Origin: Spirochaetaceae bacterium
GTDB taxonomy: Bacteria; Spirochaetota; Spirochaetia; DSM-2461
Assembly (NCBI GenBank): GCA_051531975.1
Contig: JAOPTT010000011.1
Coordinates: 25,419-89,418 of the forward strand
Direction: 5' to 3'
Length of the DNA: 64,000 nt
Of the stretch, positions 19,805-29,615 are shown one piece after another. The first letter of the stretch is position 1. Each line of letters begins with the position of its first letter. The position numbers and the translations under genes were made by a program. The notes below the pieces were generated by a model. It made no database searches and was not told the origin of the DNA. It worked only from the letters and a program-made list of their open reading frames with translations.

Positions 19805-21133
19805 TTAATTTTTTAAATTATCCATTTTTTCCCAGAGACGCTCTGTTGCTTTTGTTGCTTTTTCATATATTTCTTTGACATCAAAGGGGAATTGTCTGTC
19901 TTCATAAACAATTTTTCCATTTATTATGACAGTTTTCACATCATGAGAAGACATTCCAAAGGCCATATGCCCTGGAATATTCTCAGCAAGTAGTGGTGTC
20001 GGGGAATTGTAATCAGAAATAACAAGGTCTGCTTTATATCCAGCTTCGATTTTCCCAAACTTCGCTTCAAAGTTTCTTTCAAGCAGTCTATTTCCGTTAT
20101 TTAGAAATTTCAGATAGCTATCTGGCCACATTGGACCTCGGTTATCTTTATGTTTAAAATATGCAAATTTAAACTCTTCAAACATATTGCTTCCAATTCC
20201 ATCTGTACCTAGTGCTAAGTTATTAATTTTATCTAATTTGTTATTGTAACCTACTGCATTATTCATATTGGAGCGGGGAGTATGTACTAAAAAACAATCT
20301 TTATCGTTTAATATCTTAATATCCTCTTCTTCAAGATGTACTCCATGAACAACAATACTTTTACTATTTAAGAGACCAAAGTCATCTAATCTACTAAGGA
20401 CATTTTTACTATATTTATCATGGGAATAAAAGTTATCATAAAGATCCTCTGCAACATGAATATGAATACCTCTACCTGTTTTTTCCATTGCTTCTGCAAG
20501 TAGGGACAGCCCTTCATCAGGAATAGTAAAAGGTGCGTGTCCACCTATAAGTGCTTCTACTAAATATGGTTTTCTTGGATCTTTTTTATCGGCATCTATA
20601 GCTTTTGCAAAGTTTATATTCTCTTCTATTCCATCTTTCATCTGCTCTAGGCCGTTTCTATCAGTTACTTCATAACAGGTTAAACCTCTAAGCCCAGTTT
20701 TTAGAAAGCCCTCTTTTAATGTATTCAGAGAACCTTGTATATAGGAGGGTGAGGAGTGGTGATCAATAACTGCAGTAGTTCCTGATTTTATTGCATCTAA
20801 TGAACAAATAAGTCCACTATATAGGAGGATTTCTTCGTCTATAGCTCTATCTAAACGCCACCATAAGTTTTGTAAAATAGAGATGAAATCTGTACTAGGT
20901 TTTATTTTTGCCATAATACCTCTGGCCAAACCTGAATAAAAATGATTATGAGAGCATACCAATCCGGGATAGATAATCTCACCTGCAAGATCTATAACTC
21001 TTTCAGCTTTATATCTGTTTTCCAAATTGATACCTACTTCTTTTATTAAAGTTTCTTCAATAGCTATATCCATACCTTTTCTTACTAAAGGTGGTTCAAA
21101 TTGTACTATTGTTGCATTTTTTAATAAAATCAT
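19805..21133 (-). CDS. ssnA: Aminohydrolase SsnA
   Basis: CSHNHFYSGLARG, WWRLDRA, DHHSSP, GHAPFT, HIHVAED, RSNMNNAVG, LGTDGIG. Confidence 0.93.
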   Translation of the reverse strand: MILLKNATIVQFEPPLVRKGMDIAIEETLIKEVGINLENRYKAERVIDLAGEIIYPGLVCSHNHFYSGLARGIMAKIKPSTDFISILQNLWWRLDRAIDEEILLYSGLICSLDAIKSGTTAVIDHHSSPSYIQGSLNTLKEGFLKTGLRGLTCYEVTDRNGLEQMKDGIEENINFAKAIDADKKDPRKPYLVEALIGGHAPFTIPDEGLSLLAEAMEKTGRGIHIHVAEDLYDNFYSHDKYSKNVLSRLDDFGLLNSKSIVVHGVHLEEEDIKILNDKDCFLVHTPRSNMNNAVGYNNKLDKINNLALGTDGIGSNMFEEFKFAYFKHKDNRGPMWPDSYLKFLNNGNRLLERNFEAKFGKIEAGYKADLVISDYNSPTPLLAENIPGHMAFGMSSHDVKTVIINGKIVYEDRQFPFDVKEIYEKATKATERLWEKMDNLKN

Positions 21134-21151
21134 ACTTACTCCTACATTCTT

Positions 21152-24100
21152 CTATGCTATAACCGGACCTAATAGATAATTATGTTTTGTAATTATTATA
21201 TCTATTACACTAATGGCATTTATTACAGACTTATCTTTACTATCAATATTTTTAATTCTGTTATCCTCTGTTAGTTCTAAGTTATATATCTTTCCAGCTA
21301 AACGAAGCTTGATTTGACGGTTATCAATTAGGAAACCGCTGTTTTCACTATTTTGAAAGTCCTCTTTTAGATTAAAAATTGTTAGTTTATCTTTGTATGG
21401 TAAACCATCATATGGGCAAAACGTTCCACAATTCCCACACTCATTACAGTAGGCATCGATGTGAACTATTTGGAAAGGATCATTAAAATTATTGGTGAAA
21501 TTTTCACCGTTGCAAGGGATGGCTATATTTGCTCTATTTGGACATACATCTACACATTTATTACAAATATAATTACATTCTAGGCATCTTGATGCTTCAT
21601 TTTTAGCAAAGGCTGTAATCTCGTCTAGGTCTAAACTGTTATTAAGTTTACCCTTTCTGCCTAGTATTGCTGTAGTATCAGTTTCAAACTTAACTGTTAC
21701 ATCAGCATGGGAATATCCATGTTCTCTATCAATTATCGTATCAGCAGTTAATCTTGCATCTGCAATACATTCAACAATGGTGGAGGGCCCAGTACGGGAA
21801 TCACCAATTAAAAACACATTGTTTATTGTTGTTTCATTTGTTTTGTTATCAATATCGGTTTTGCCCTTATTCCCAAGTGGCAGTCCTAGACTTTCTATAA
21901 CTTCTGTATCTACATGCTCTCCAATTGCAGTTATTACCGTATCAATTTTAAAGGTTTGTGTAGATACTGTTGCTATAGGGCGACGTCTACCACTAGAATC
22001 TGGTTCCCCTAATTTCATAACTGAACAAGTTAGATCTTCCTTAAATTTTATAGGATTTCTTAAGAAGTGAAACTCTACTCCATCTTCTAAAGCTTCTTCA
22101 TATTCTTCTCTATCTGCAGGCATCTCTTTTTGTGTTCTTCTATAAATCACTATAACCGATTGGGTATCTTTTAACTTTAATGCTGCCCTAGCACTATCCA
22201 TGGCAGTATTTCCTCCACCAATAACAGCAACATTTTTACCAATTTTTAGTGAATCTGGATTTTTATTAAATTGGCCTAGGAATTCTAACGATTCTAATAT
22301 GTTATTATTGTCATTTTCTATATTTAAGTAATTTCCTTTTTCGGCACCTATTCCAATACAGATATACTTAAATCCATCAGTTTTTAGAGATTTAATACTA
22401 AGACTACTATCTACTCCGTATTCAAATTTAACTCCATGTGCTTTAATAAAATTTATATCTCTTTCTACGGCATCTTTTGGTATACGAAAATTCGGTATAA
22501 TATTATTAACAACTCCACCTGCTGATTGCTCTTTTTCAAATACAGTTACTAAAAATCCATTTCTTGCTAGGAAAAAGGCAGCAGAAAGTCCTGCGGGTCC
22601 AGCACCAATAACTGCAACTTTTATATTTTTATCTAATTTAGGTTTGATCCAACCATCTTTAAACTCACTAAATCCGTTTTCAACTGCAATTTTTTTCATC
22701 TCACGAATTTGAACAGCACCTTCGTAATCTAATCTTGTACAGTTATACATACACTGATGATCACAAATATATCCAGTAATTGAGGGAAGGGCATTTTTTG
22801 TATAGATTAATTCAATTGCCTCTTTATACTTTTTTTCTCCAACTAATTTAATATATTCAGGAATATCCTGATGAATAGGACATGCATAAATACAAGGGGC
22901 GATATAACAATCAAATAGGGGAAGTGGTTTATTAACACTTATTTTATCATCACCTCGCCACTGCTTTTTTAAGTGACTTTCAGTAAGACAATCTTTTGCT
23001 AATTGTTTAAGTAGAGGTACATTGATAGACGTTCTATTCCAATCTGATGAATCAGTGGATGTCTCTAATTCCATAGCTGATTCTTTCATTCTTACATAGC
23101 CACCAGGCTTTAGTAGATCAGTTGCCATAGTTATTGGATGTATTCCGGTTTTAAAAATTTGTTTAATATTTATAGAAGAAGCACCACCTGAATAGGAGAT
23201 AGGAATATTACCATTAAATTCTTCTGCCAGCAAACTTGCAAGATTTATAGAAAGTGGATATAAAGCTCGACCGGACATGTACATTTCAGAACCTGGAAGC
23301 ATCTGTTTGTTATTAATAATTCCTAATGTATTAGTAAGTTTAACTCCAAATTTTATGTTGTTTTCCACCGCCAGTTTCATTAGACGTCTTAACATTTTAA
23401 TAGCATCATTAAACTGCAGATCATTATCAAATGATTCTTCTTTCATTTCGATATAGTTAAAACCAAGATTATCTAATATGTCTCTTACCATATTAAACCC
23501 AAGCAGTGTAGGGTTAAGTTTTACAAAGGTATTCAGTCCCTTTTGTGTTATCATATATTCACAAATTGCTTCGATCTCTTTTGGAGGACAACCATGCATA
23601 GTTGACAGAGTAAGTGATTTACATATCTGTGTCGGTATCTTCTTTGATAGACCTTTTAGTGACTCAATTTTTGACTCAATTCCAGTACCATTAAGGAAAC
23701 TTGATTCTTCGATTATCCGGTCTAAAGCTGTTAAATAGTTTTTAAAAACCACGTTAGAGGATGAATCAATCATATCCATAATGAAACGATCCATCTTAGG
23801 ACTCTTAATTCCCTTTAAATCGTATCCGACACTCATATTAAATATAAACGAACGTTCTTTACCAACTTTAAAACCGAATAAAAGTTCTATAAGGTGAAGA
23901 AGAATCCAAGCTTTTATATATTCATCATATGCTTTTTCTAAAGTGAATTCAGATGACCACTCTGTATTAAATGCTTCATCATCAGCATCTATACATGGCT
24001 TTTCAATTTCCAGGGTATCTATAATCTGAACGGTCTTTAACTCTATAAACCGTCCTCCTGTTAAATAGGAGCTAATGATATTTTGTGCTAACTGTGTATG

Positions 24101-24283
24101 AGGACCTGCTGCTGGTCCAACCGGTGTATCACAATGTTCGCCAAATACTTCACTTCTGTTTTTATTAGTTTTATGAAAGAAATTGATTTGAGAGATTTCA
24201 AATATGGAATTTGAAACTTTATATTCACTAAAGATTCTTTTTAATAGTTCCTCGAACGGAACCTGTCTCATTATATCTCCCAT
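21152..24283 (-). CDS. ygfK: YgfK flavin/Fe-S oxidoreductase (annotated putative selenate reductase subunit)
   Basis: MGDIMR start after GGAGG RBS (ATG 24283 preferred over the track start); GPAAGPHTQLAQNI, STMHGCPP, GAGPAG, GGGNTAMD, C-terminal CLECNYICNKCVDVCPNRAN and CNECGNC. Confidence 0.93.
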   Translation of the reverse strand: MGDIMRQVPFEELLKRIFSEYKVSNSIFEISQINFFHKTNKNRSEVFGEHCDTPVGPAAGPHTQLAQNIISSYLTGGRFIELKTVQIIDTLEIEKPCIDADDEAFNTEWSSEFTLEKAYDEYIKAWILLHLIELLFGFKVGKERSFIFNMSVGYDLKGIKSPKMDRFIMDMIDSSSNVVFKNYLTALDRIIEESSFLNGTGIESKIESLKGLSKKIPTQICKSLTLSTMHGCPPKEIEAICEYMITQKGLNTFVKLNPTLLGFNMVRDILDNLGFNYIEMKEESFDNDLQFNDAIKMLRRLMKLAVENNIKFGVKLTNTLGIINNKQMLPGSEMYMSGRALYPLSINLASLLAEEFNGNIPISYSGGASSINIKQIFKTGIHPITMATDLLKPGGYVRMKESAMELETSTDSSDWNRTSINVPLLKQLAKDCLTESHLKKQWRGDDKISVNKPLPLFDCYIAPCIYACPIHQDIPEYIKLVGEKKYKEAIELIYTKNALPSITGYICDHQCMYNCTRLDYEGAVQIREMKKIAVENGFSEFKDGWIKPKLDKNIKVAVIGAGPAGLSAAFFLARNGFLVTVFEKEQSAGGVVNNIIPNFRIPKDAVERDINFIKAHGVKFEYGVDSSLSIKSLKTDGFKYICIGIGAEKGNYLNIENDNNNILESLEFLGQFNKNPDSLKIGKNVAVIGGGNTAMDSARAALKLKDTQSVIVIYRRTQKEMPADREEYEEALEDGVEFHFLRNPIKFKEDLTCSVMKLGEPDSSGRRRPIATVSTQTFKIDTVITAIGEHVDTEVIESLGLPLGNKGKTDIDNKTNETTINNVFLIGDSRTGPSTIVECIADARLTADTIIDREHGYSHADVTVKFETDTTAILGRKGKLNNSLDLDEITAFAKNEASRCLECNYICNKCVDVCPNRANIAIPCNGENFTNNFNDPFQIVHIDAYCNECGNCGTFCPYDGLPYKDKLTIFNLKEDFQNSENSGFLIDNRQIKLRLAGKIYNLELTEDNRIKNIDSKDKSVINAISVIDIIITKHNYLLGPVIA

Positions 24284-24401
24284 AAAAACCTCCACCCAAA
24301 CTATTTTTGATACATGGAAACAATTATTCTTTTTGGAGTTATTCTGAAAAAAAGAATAAAAAAATCAGAAGACGTTGCCTTCTAAACTTAATATTAATTT
24401 A

Positions 24402-24430
24402 ATGATAATATTGGTTTTTTTGTTTGGCAA
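24402..24430 (-). promoter_or_regulatory. Candidate sigma70 promoter of the purine catabolism operon
   Basis: Minus strand TTGCCA, 17 nt, TATCAT. Confidence 0.5.
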
Positions 24431-24497
24431 GTACTTTTAATAAAAAATAAAGATTATGAATTTTATAAGATGTTCTACACAACAAATAAATAGATTT

Positions 24498-25070
24498 TTA
24501 TTGATTTATAAGTAAGTTTTTATAGTTTTCATCAGTATCTACATCCATGTATATTCCATCTGTATTCACAGGAACAAGACGTGTAGGGTAGATAGATAAT
24601 AATTTCTTCATGGAGCTATCGACCTTCTCTGCCAATATTGTTTCAATTATTGTTTGTGGAAGTAGAACAGGATGTCCTCTTTTATCATTAAAAACAGGGA
24701 AAACAGCTTTGTTACCTTTAAACTTTGATAGTTTTTGGTAAATACTAGGAGGAATTAGAGGTAGATCACCATGGGTAATAAAAAAATATTCAGATTTTAC
24801 AATACTTACACCTGTTTGAACCGATGTAAACATGCCTTTTTTGAACTCTTTATTTTCTATTATGATTATATTTTCCCATTGACCTAATAATTCTATTAAC
24901 TCAAAGCTTCTATATCCAACTACAACAATAACTCTTTCACAAACTGCTAAGGCATTATCTATTGTGGTTTCTATTAAACTTTTACCAGCAAATGGAAGTA
25001 ACATCTTCCATGTACTCATCCTAGAGGACATTCCTGCTGCAAGGATAATGCAATCAATATCAATCTTCAT
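24498..25070 (-). CDS. mocA: Molybdenum cofactor cytidylyltransferase (MocA/YgfJ)
   Basis: ILAAGMSSRM..WKMLL, GMFTSV, HGDLP, RGHPVL, DVDT; adjacent to the Mo hydroxylase cluster. Confidence 0.85.
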   Translation of the reverse strand: MKIDIDCIILAAGMSSRMSTWKMLLPFAGKSLIETTIDNALAVCERVIVVVGYRSFELIELLGQWENIIIIENKEFKKGMFTSVQTGVSIVKSEYFFITHGDLPLIPPSIYQKLSKFKGNKAVFPVFNDKRGHPVLLPQTIIETILAEKVDSSMKKLLSIYPTRLVPVNTDGIYMDVDTDENYKNLLINQ

Positions 25071-25204
25071 ATCAAAATATTATAGCATTATTCCAGAGAA
25101 TTTCCCAAATTTCTTATTTAAATGTAAACTAATAAATTATAGTTACATAAAAATATAATTTGACAGTTACTATAATTATTCCTATTGTAATATTGGAGAT
25201 AAAT

Positions 25205-26122
25205 ATGGCATGGGTTAAACACAATAATATAATAATAATGGACTTTATAAAAAACTACTGTAATGAAAACAGATATAACCTCAATAGTTTTGAACCCTGG
25301 AAAGAAGGAGCATCTAACTCTATATGGAAACTAGAATACGACAATAAAAAATGTGTTTTAAAAGTTGGAAAACTGGATTATTGGAGAAAACTAGATATAG
25401 AAAGTAAAATCCTAAAAATTGGACAAGGGTTATATACTCCAGAATACATTGATTCAGGAAAAGCATCTGAATCGATTCCGTGGGATTGGGCCATTATTAA
25501 AAGAATAGATGGTACTCATCCTTTTTCTATAGAAGATGAAGATTTAGAAGAATTATCAAAATTGCTTTTATATATTAGAAAAGAAATACAACCAAAGAAC
25601 CTTTCAAAAGGTGATTGGAAATCTTTTTTAAATACTAGAATAATAGAATCTATAAATATGGCAAGAAAAAACGCTCCAGAAAGAATAATGAATCGATTTG
25701 ATAATATTCTAAATCTACTTAAATCATGTGATGAAATTGGAGAAAAACTGGATAATCAACCAATGGGTATCATCCAGGGAGATTTTACACCATTAAATTT
25801 AATAAAAAAAAGGGATGGTTCATTTACCTTACTTGATTGGGAGAATCCAAGGTTAGGGAGTATAGCTTGGGACCTATCCAACATAAAGAAATCTTTTAAC
25901 CTAACTGACCGGGTTTTTAAGCATCTAGTAAATGTTTTTGATCAGGATATAGATTATAATATATTAAATTTCACCTCTTCACTTTACAATTTACATGTTG
26001 CTTCATGGAGAATAGAAATGTGGTATGGCAGAGAGAAAAAAGATTACGGGGATCTGTTTTTAATTGAGATGGGAGAAGAACTTGCAATATCAGAGTTTTA
26101 TCTCAAACTGATATTAAACTAA
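25205..26122 (+). CDS. Aminoglycoside/choline kinase-like phosphotransferase (APH family)
   Basis: GASNSIW, VLKV, QGDFTPLN, LLDWE, WDL; ATG 25205 follows GGAGA. Confidence 0.75.
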   Translation: MAWVKHNNIIIMDFIKNYCNENRYNLNSFEPWKEGASNSIWKLEYDNKKCVLKVGKLDYWRKLDIESKILKIGQGLYTPEYIDSGKASESIPWDWAIIKRIDGTHPFSIEDEDLEELSKLLLYIRKEIQPKNLSKGDWKSFLNTRIIESINMARKNAPERIMNRFDNILNLLKSCDEIGEKLDNQPMGIIQGDFTPLNLIKKRDGSFTLLDWENPRLGSIAWDLSNIKKSFNLTDRVFKHLVNVFDQDIDYNILNFTSSLYNLHVASWRIEMWYGREKKDYGDLFLIEMGEELAISEFYLKLILN

Positions 26123-26280
26123 ATAATAACTCAAGTCTTGTTGTTTTTTATTTGATGATAATATTGATGCAAAAATAAGTATTAGAGGAATTTAATTCTT
26201 TCTAACTGTCATTATGTGGAGATTCAAAGATGAGTTTTTTATATCTTTGATATGATTCGTAAAATTAGGAGTAGTTAATA

Positions 26281-27258
26281 ATGAAAAAACAAAAATCTAT
26301 CTTGGCAGTTGGCACTTTAATCGTTGATATAATTACAGAAAAATTAGACGCTATTCCTGATCCAGGTTGTTGTGTAATTGGTGAAGTATCAATTAATTTA
26401 GGTGGAAATGCATATAGTAGTTCTGTTAATCTGAAGAGACTATTAACAGAAAATGAGAGAGTTATTTGTTGTAGTATTATTGGTTCCGATTTATATGGTT
26501 TGATGTTTAGAGATAGTTTAAGAAACGAATCAATTGAGCTAAGTTTAACTGAGATATCTGGTAAAACAACATCTTCAAATTTGATAATTCAGGAAAAATA
26601 TGTGGATCGCAGGTATGTGTTTAACCCAGCTGTATGTGATATGTTCGATTTTTCGAAGATTATTACTGAGCTAAAAGTTCATAATCCTGAAATAGTTGTT
26701 TTTGGAGAGTTGCCATCTATTGATCTCGTGGGTGATAAATTTATAAAATTATTGACGGAAGTTAAGTCTAATTTTAATAATATTATTGCTCTTGATTTAT
26801 TAGTAACAGAATTTGAATCTTATTCGTGGTTATGTAATGATTGGGATAAAATTGATATACTTCATTGTAATATCGGTGAAGGTCGACATGTATCAAAGGA
26901 GGAAAATCCTTTAGAGATTGCAAATTGGTTTTCTAAGCAAGGAGTCGTTTTTTCAATTGTTACAGATGGTAAAAATGGGGCACATTGTGTATTTAATTCA
27001 ATGTATTTTCATGTCCCAGCTTTTTCTGAAAATGAAGTTGATGCTACTGGTGCTGGAGATGCAATGTTTGCGGGTTTTTGTTCTAAAATATTGAATGAAT
27101 TAGATGATTCTAACAAATTTGAAGCAATCAGCGTTGAAAAAATGATTGAATTTGTAAGGTTTGGTAATGCTTGCGGTGCTATTGCTGTCCAAGAACTCGG
27201 ATGTGTAGGAAAAATAAATGGAACAATAGTTAATAAATATTTAAAGATAAACTCGTGA
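26281..27258 (+). CDS. PfkB family carbohydrate kinase
   Basis: GGNAY, IGSDLYG, VTDGKNG, VDATGAGDAMFAG. Confidence 0.9.
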   Translation: MKKQKSILAVGTLIVDIITEKLDAIPDPGCCVIGEVSINLGGNAYSSSVNLKRLLTENERVICCSIIGSDLYGLMFRDSLRNESIELSLTEISGKTTSSNLIIQEKYVDRRYVFNPAVCDMFDFSKIITELKVHNPEIVVFGELPSIDLVGDKFIKLLTEVKSNFNNIIALDLLVTEFESYSWLCNDWDKIDILHCNIGEGRHVSKEENPLEIANWFSKQGVVFSIVTDGKNGAHCVFNSMYFHVPAFSENEVDATGAGDAMFAGFCSKILNELDDSNKFEAISVEKMIEFVRFGNACGAIAVQELGCVGKINGTIVNKYLKINS

Positions 27259-27437
27259 ATTATTCCCGCAATTTAAACAGTAGATAACATACTCTAAGAG
27301 AGGTGCATCCAGCACATCGCCTAACAACGAAATTGAATTATTAAAGGTTATATATTAATTCTCCAACCATATATTTTCTAACTGATTATAAACTGCGAGT
27401 ATAACACCGAGTATTGTAAAAAAGTAAAATTAAAAGT

Positions 27438-28421
27438 CTACTGCTTTTTTAGCCAAGATACAGTTTTGTTAACTCCATCGTTAAATGCGTATTTGGCTTT
27501 ATATCCATCATTTTTTGCTTTTGAAAGATCATAAAAATATACACTTTTAGCTATACCATCAACAATATCCATTGTTAATTGGGGTTGAAATCGAAATACC
27601 TTCCCTATAAAACCAAGAACAGATGCTATAACAAATGCAACACCGTAAGGCAGATGAACAATTTTTTTATTTGTACCAATCGAGTTCCTTAAATTCATTA
27701 AAACTTCTTCCAATGTAATTGGATCATCATCCGAGATAACATATGTAGTAATACCTGATTCATTTTTTTCAGTTAAACAAATTAATGACCAAACCAAATT
27801 CCCAACATACATTATTGGAAAATAATTTTTAGTATCACCAATAATAAACATTGTCTTAGCTTTCATCTTGGAAAAAAGAATGGATGCAGCTGTAATAGGA
27901 TTTGCCCGGGGTCCAAAGAATGGAGGGGGTCTAAAAATAACTGCAGTAATTTTATCTTTAGCTATCTCTGCAATTTTTTTCTCTGCGGCTAATTTAGATT
28001 TTCCATACATAGTTTGAGGTTTACAAGTTGAATCCTCATTCATTGGTTTTGCAACTGAGCCTAATGGACCAATTGCGGCCATGCTACTAGGAAATACAAA
28101 CTTAGCAGCCTTTTTGTTTATTGCGGCTTTTAAAACATTTTCAACTCCACCAACATTTAATGCATAGTATTGCTCTTCTGATACCTGAGCTTTACCAAGG
28201 TATGCTGCTAAATGATATACAATGTCATCTTTTTTAAGAAGCTTTTCGATACTCTCTTGGTTTAAAACATCTGCTGCTTGAAACTCAACATCCATAGTTT
28301 TTATGTAATCTAAATTACATCCTTCTCTATCTACACATAAGACTGTATATTTTTGTTCTAATAATCCCTCAATTAGATGGGATCCTAAAAAACCTGCACC
28401 ACCAATAACTACTGCTCGCAT
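27438..28421 (-). CDS. Extended SDR, NAD-dependent epimerase/dehydratase
   Basis: GGAGFLG, YHLAA, SSMAA, YGKSK. Confidence 0.88.
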   Translation of the reverse strand: MRAVVIGGAGFLGSHLIEGLLEQKYTVLCVDREGCNLDYIKTMDVEFQAADVLNQESIEKLLKKDDIVYHLAAYLGKAQVSEEQYYALNVGGVENVLKAAINKKAAKFVFPSSMAAIGPLGSVAKPMNEDSTCKPQTMYGKSKLAAEKKIAEIAKDKITAVIFRPPPFFGPRANPITAASILFSKMKAKTMFIIGDTKNYFPIMYVGNLVWSLICLTEKNESGITTYVISDDDPITLEEVLMNLRNSIGTNKKIVHLPYGVAFVIASVLGFIGKVFRFQPQLTMDIVDGIAKSVYFYDLSKAKNDGYKAKYAFNDGVNKTVSWLKKQ

Positions 28422-28423
28422 AC

Positions 28424-29443
28424 TTATATATCTCCTTTTTGAAGTCTGAATTCCTCAACACTTTTTGCCAATGTCTCTTTTAAAGTGAACTTTGGATCAA
28501 ATCCTAATGTGTTCTTTGCCTTTTCAGTACTGTAATATCTATATTTTGAACCTGGAGCAAAAACCTCATATGTTAGTTTTGGTTCAGTCGATGAAAGGGA
28601 TTCTAAAAGCGAAATAAAATGGGATAAAAAATTAACTGTTTTAAATGGAAGAACTTTTTTGGGAGGATCAACTTTTAAAAGTTCACATAGAGTATGAAAC
28701 ATCTCTTTAAAAGTATAATTACCACCTGTAAGTAGATACTGCTCTCCTATTTCCCCTTTTTCAGCCAATTCAACAAGGATCTCTGCTAAATCTCTAACAT
28801 CGATAGCAGCGAAACCACCTGGCATAATCCCAGGAACTTTTTTATTATCTAAATTAATCATCAATTTAAACAAATTTTTATCTCCAGGGCCAAAGATAGT
28901 ACTTGGATTTACAATTATTGCAGGGAATCCTTCACTAATTGCTTTTTTGATACTCTCTTCCCCTTTGAATTTAGATAACATATAAAAACACTTTTTGGCC
29001 CTAGACCAATCGAATTTAAAACTTTCAGTTGCAGGAGAATCTTTATCATTATTATAACCTAACGCTGCAGTAGAACTGATATGGATCATACGCTTAATAT
29101 CATTATCTTTGCAGAGTTTAATTATATTTTCAGTTCCAACATGGTTTACATCAAATAATAGTTTTTTATCTTTTCTCCAAAATGAGACTGCAGCTGCTAC
29201 ATGATATACAATATCAATCTCTTTAAAATGTGGCGCTAAAGTTTCAATATCAGTTAATGACGTATTGTAAATAATTTTTATCTCTTTTTGTTCACTAAAA
29301 TCTGATAAGAAAAATGGTCTTCTGTTTCTGGCTAAAATTACAATATTAACATCTTTATATTTAAGCCGTAAGCTTTGAACCAAATGTTGACCAAGAAAGC
29401 CTAAACCACCTGTGACCAAGATATTTTTAATTTTTTTTGTCAT
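28424..29443 (-). CDS. Extended SDR, dihydroflavonol-reductase/HpnA-like
   Basis: TGGLGFLG, YHVAA, ISSTAA, YMLSK, VNPSTIFGPGD, IDVRD. Confidence 0.88.
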   Translation of the reverse strand: MTKKIKNILVTGGLGFLGQHLVQSLRLKYKDVNIVILARNRRPFFLSDFSEQKEIKIIYNTSLTDIETLAPHFKEIDIVYHVAAAVSFWRKDKKLLFDVNHVGTENIIKLCKDNDIKRMIHISSTAALGYNNDKDSPATESFKFDWSRAKKCFYMLSKFKGEESIKKAISEGFPAIIVNPSTIFGPGDKNLFKLMINLDNKKVPGIMPGGFAAIDVRDLAEILVELAEKGEIGEQYLLTGGNYTFKEMFHTLCELLKVDPPKKVLPFKTVNFLSHFISLLESLSSTEPKLTYEVFAPGSKYRYYSTEKAKNTLGFDPKFTLKETLAKSVEEFRLQKGDI

Positions 29444-29539
29444 AATTAATCCTCATTATGTAATTATGCTTTAGTATTAACTGATTTACCAACTTAGTTT
29501 TTTTATAATAAAATAATTTAAATCTTTTTGAAAAATTGT

Positions 29540-29567
29540 TTGACATAGTTTTGTTTTGCTGTACTAT
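29540..29567 (+). promoter_or_regulatory. Candidate sigma70 promoter
   Basis: TTGACA, 16 nt, TACTAT upstream of the permease operon. Confidence 0.45.
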
Positions 29568-29615
29568 ATGTGTATAACAGTTTGTTTGTTAAAAATAATT
29601 TATTAAAGGATACCG

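Noticed and set aside
21152..24283. Possible selenocysteine recoding in the selenium-associated cluster
   Set aside because: All cluster ORFs are continuous, with no in-frame TGA to read through
27317..27410. CGCCTAACAACG and GTATAAC resembling integron attC R'' ends (also GGCATAAC near 4388 and GTTATGTG near 62183)
   Set aside because: No matching complementary R' box, no repeated cassette structure and no integrase in the window
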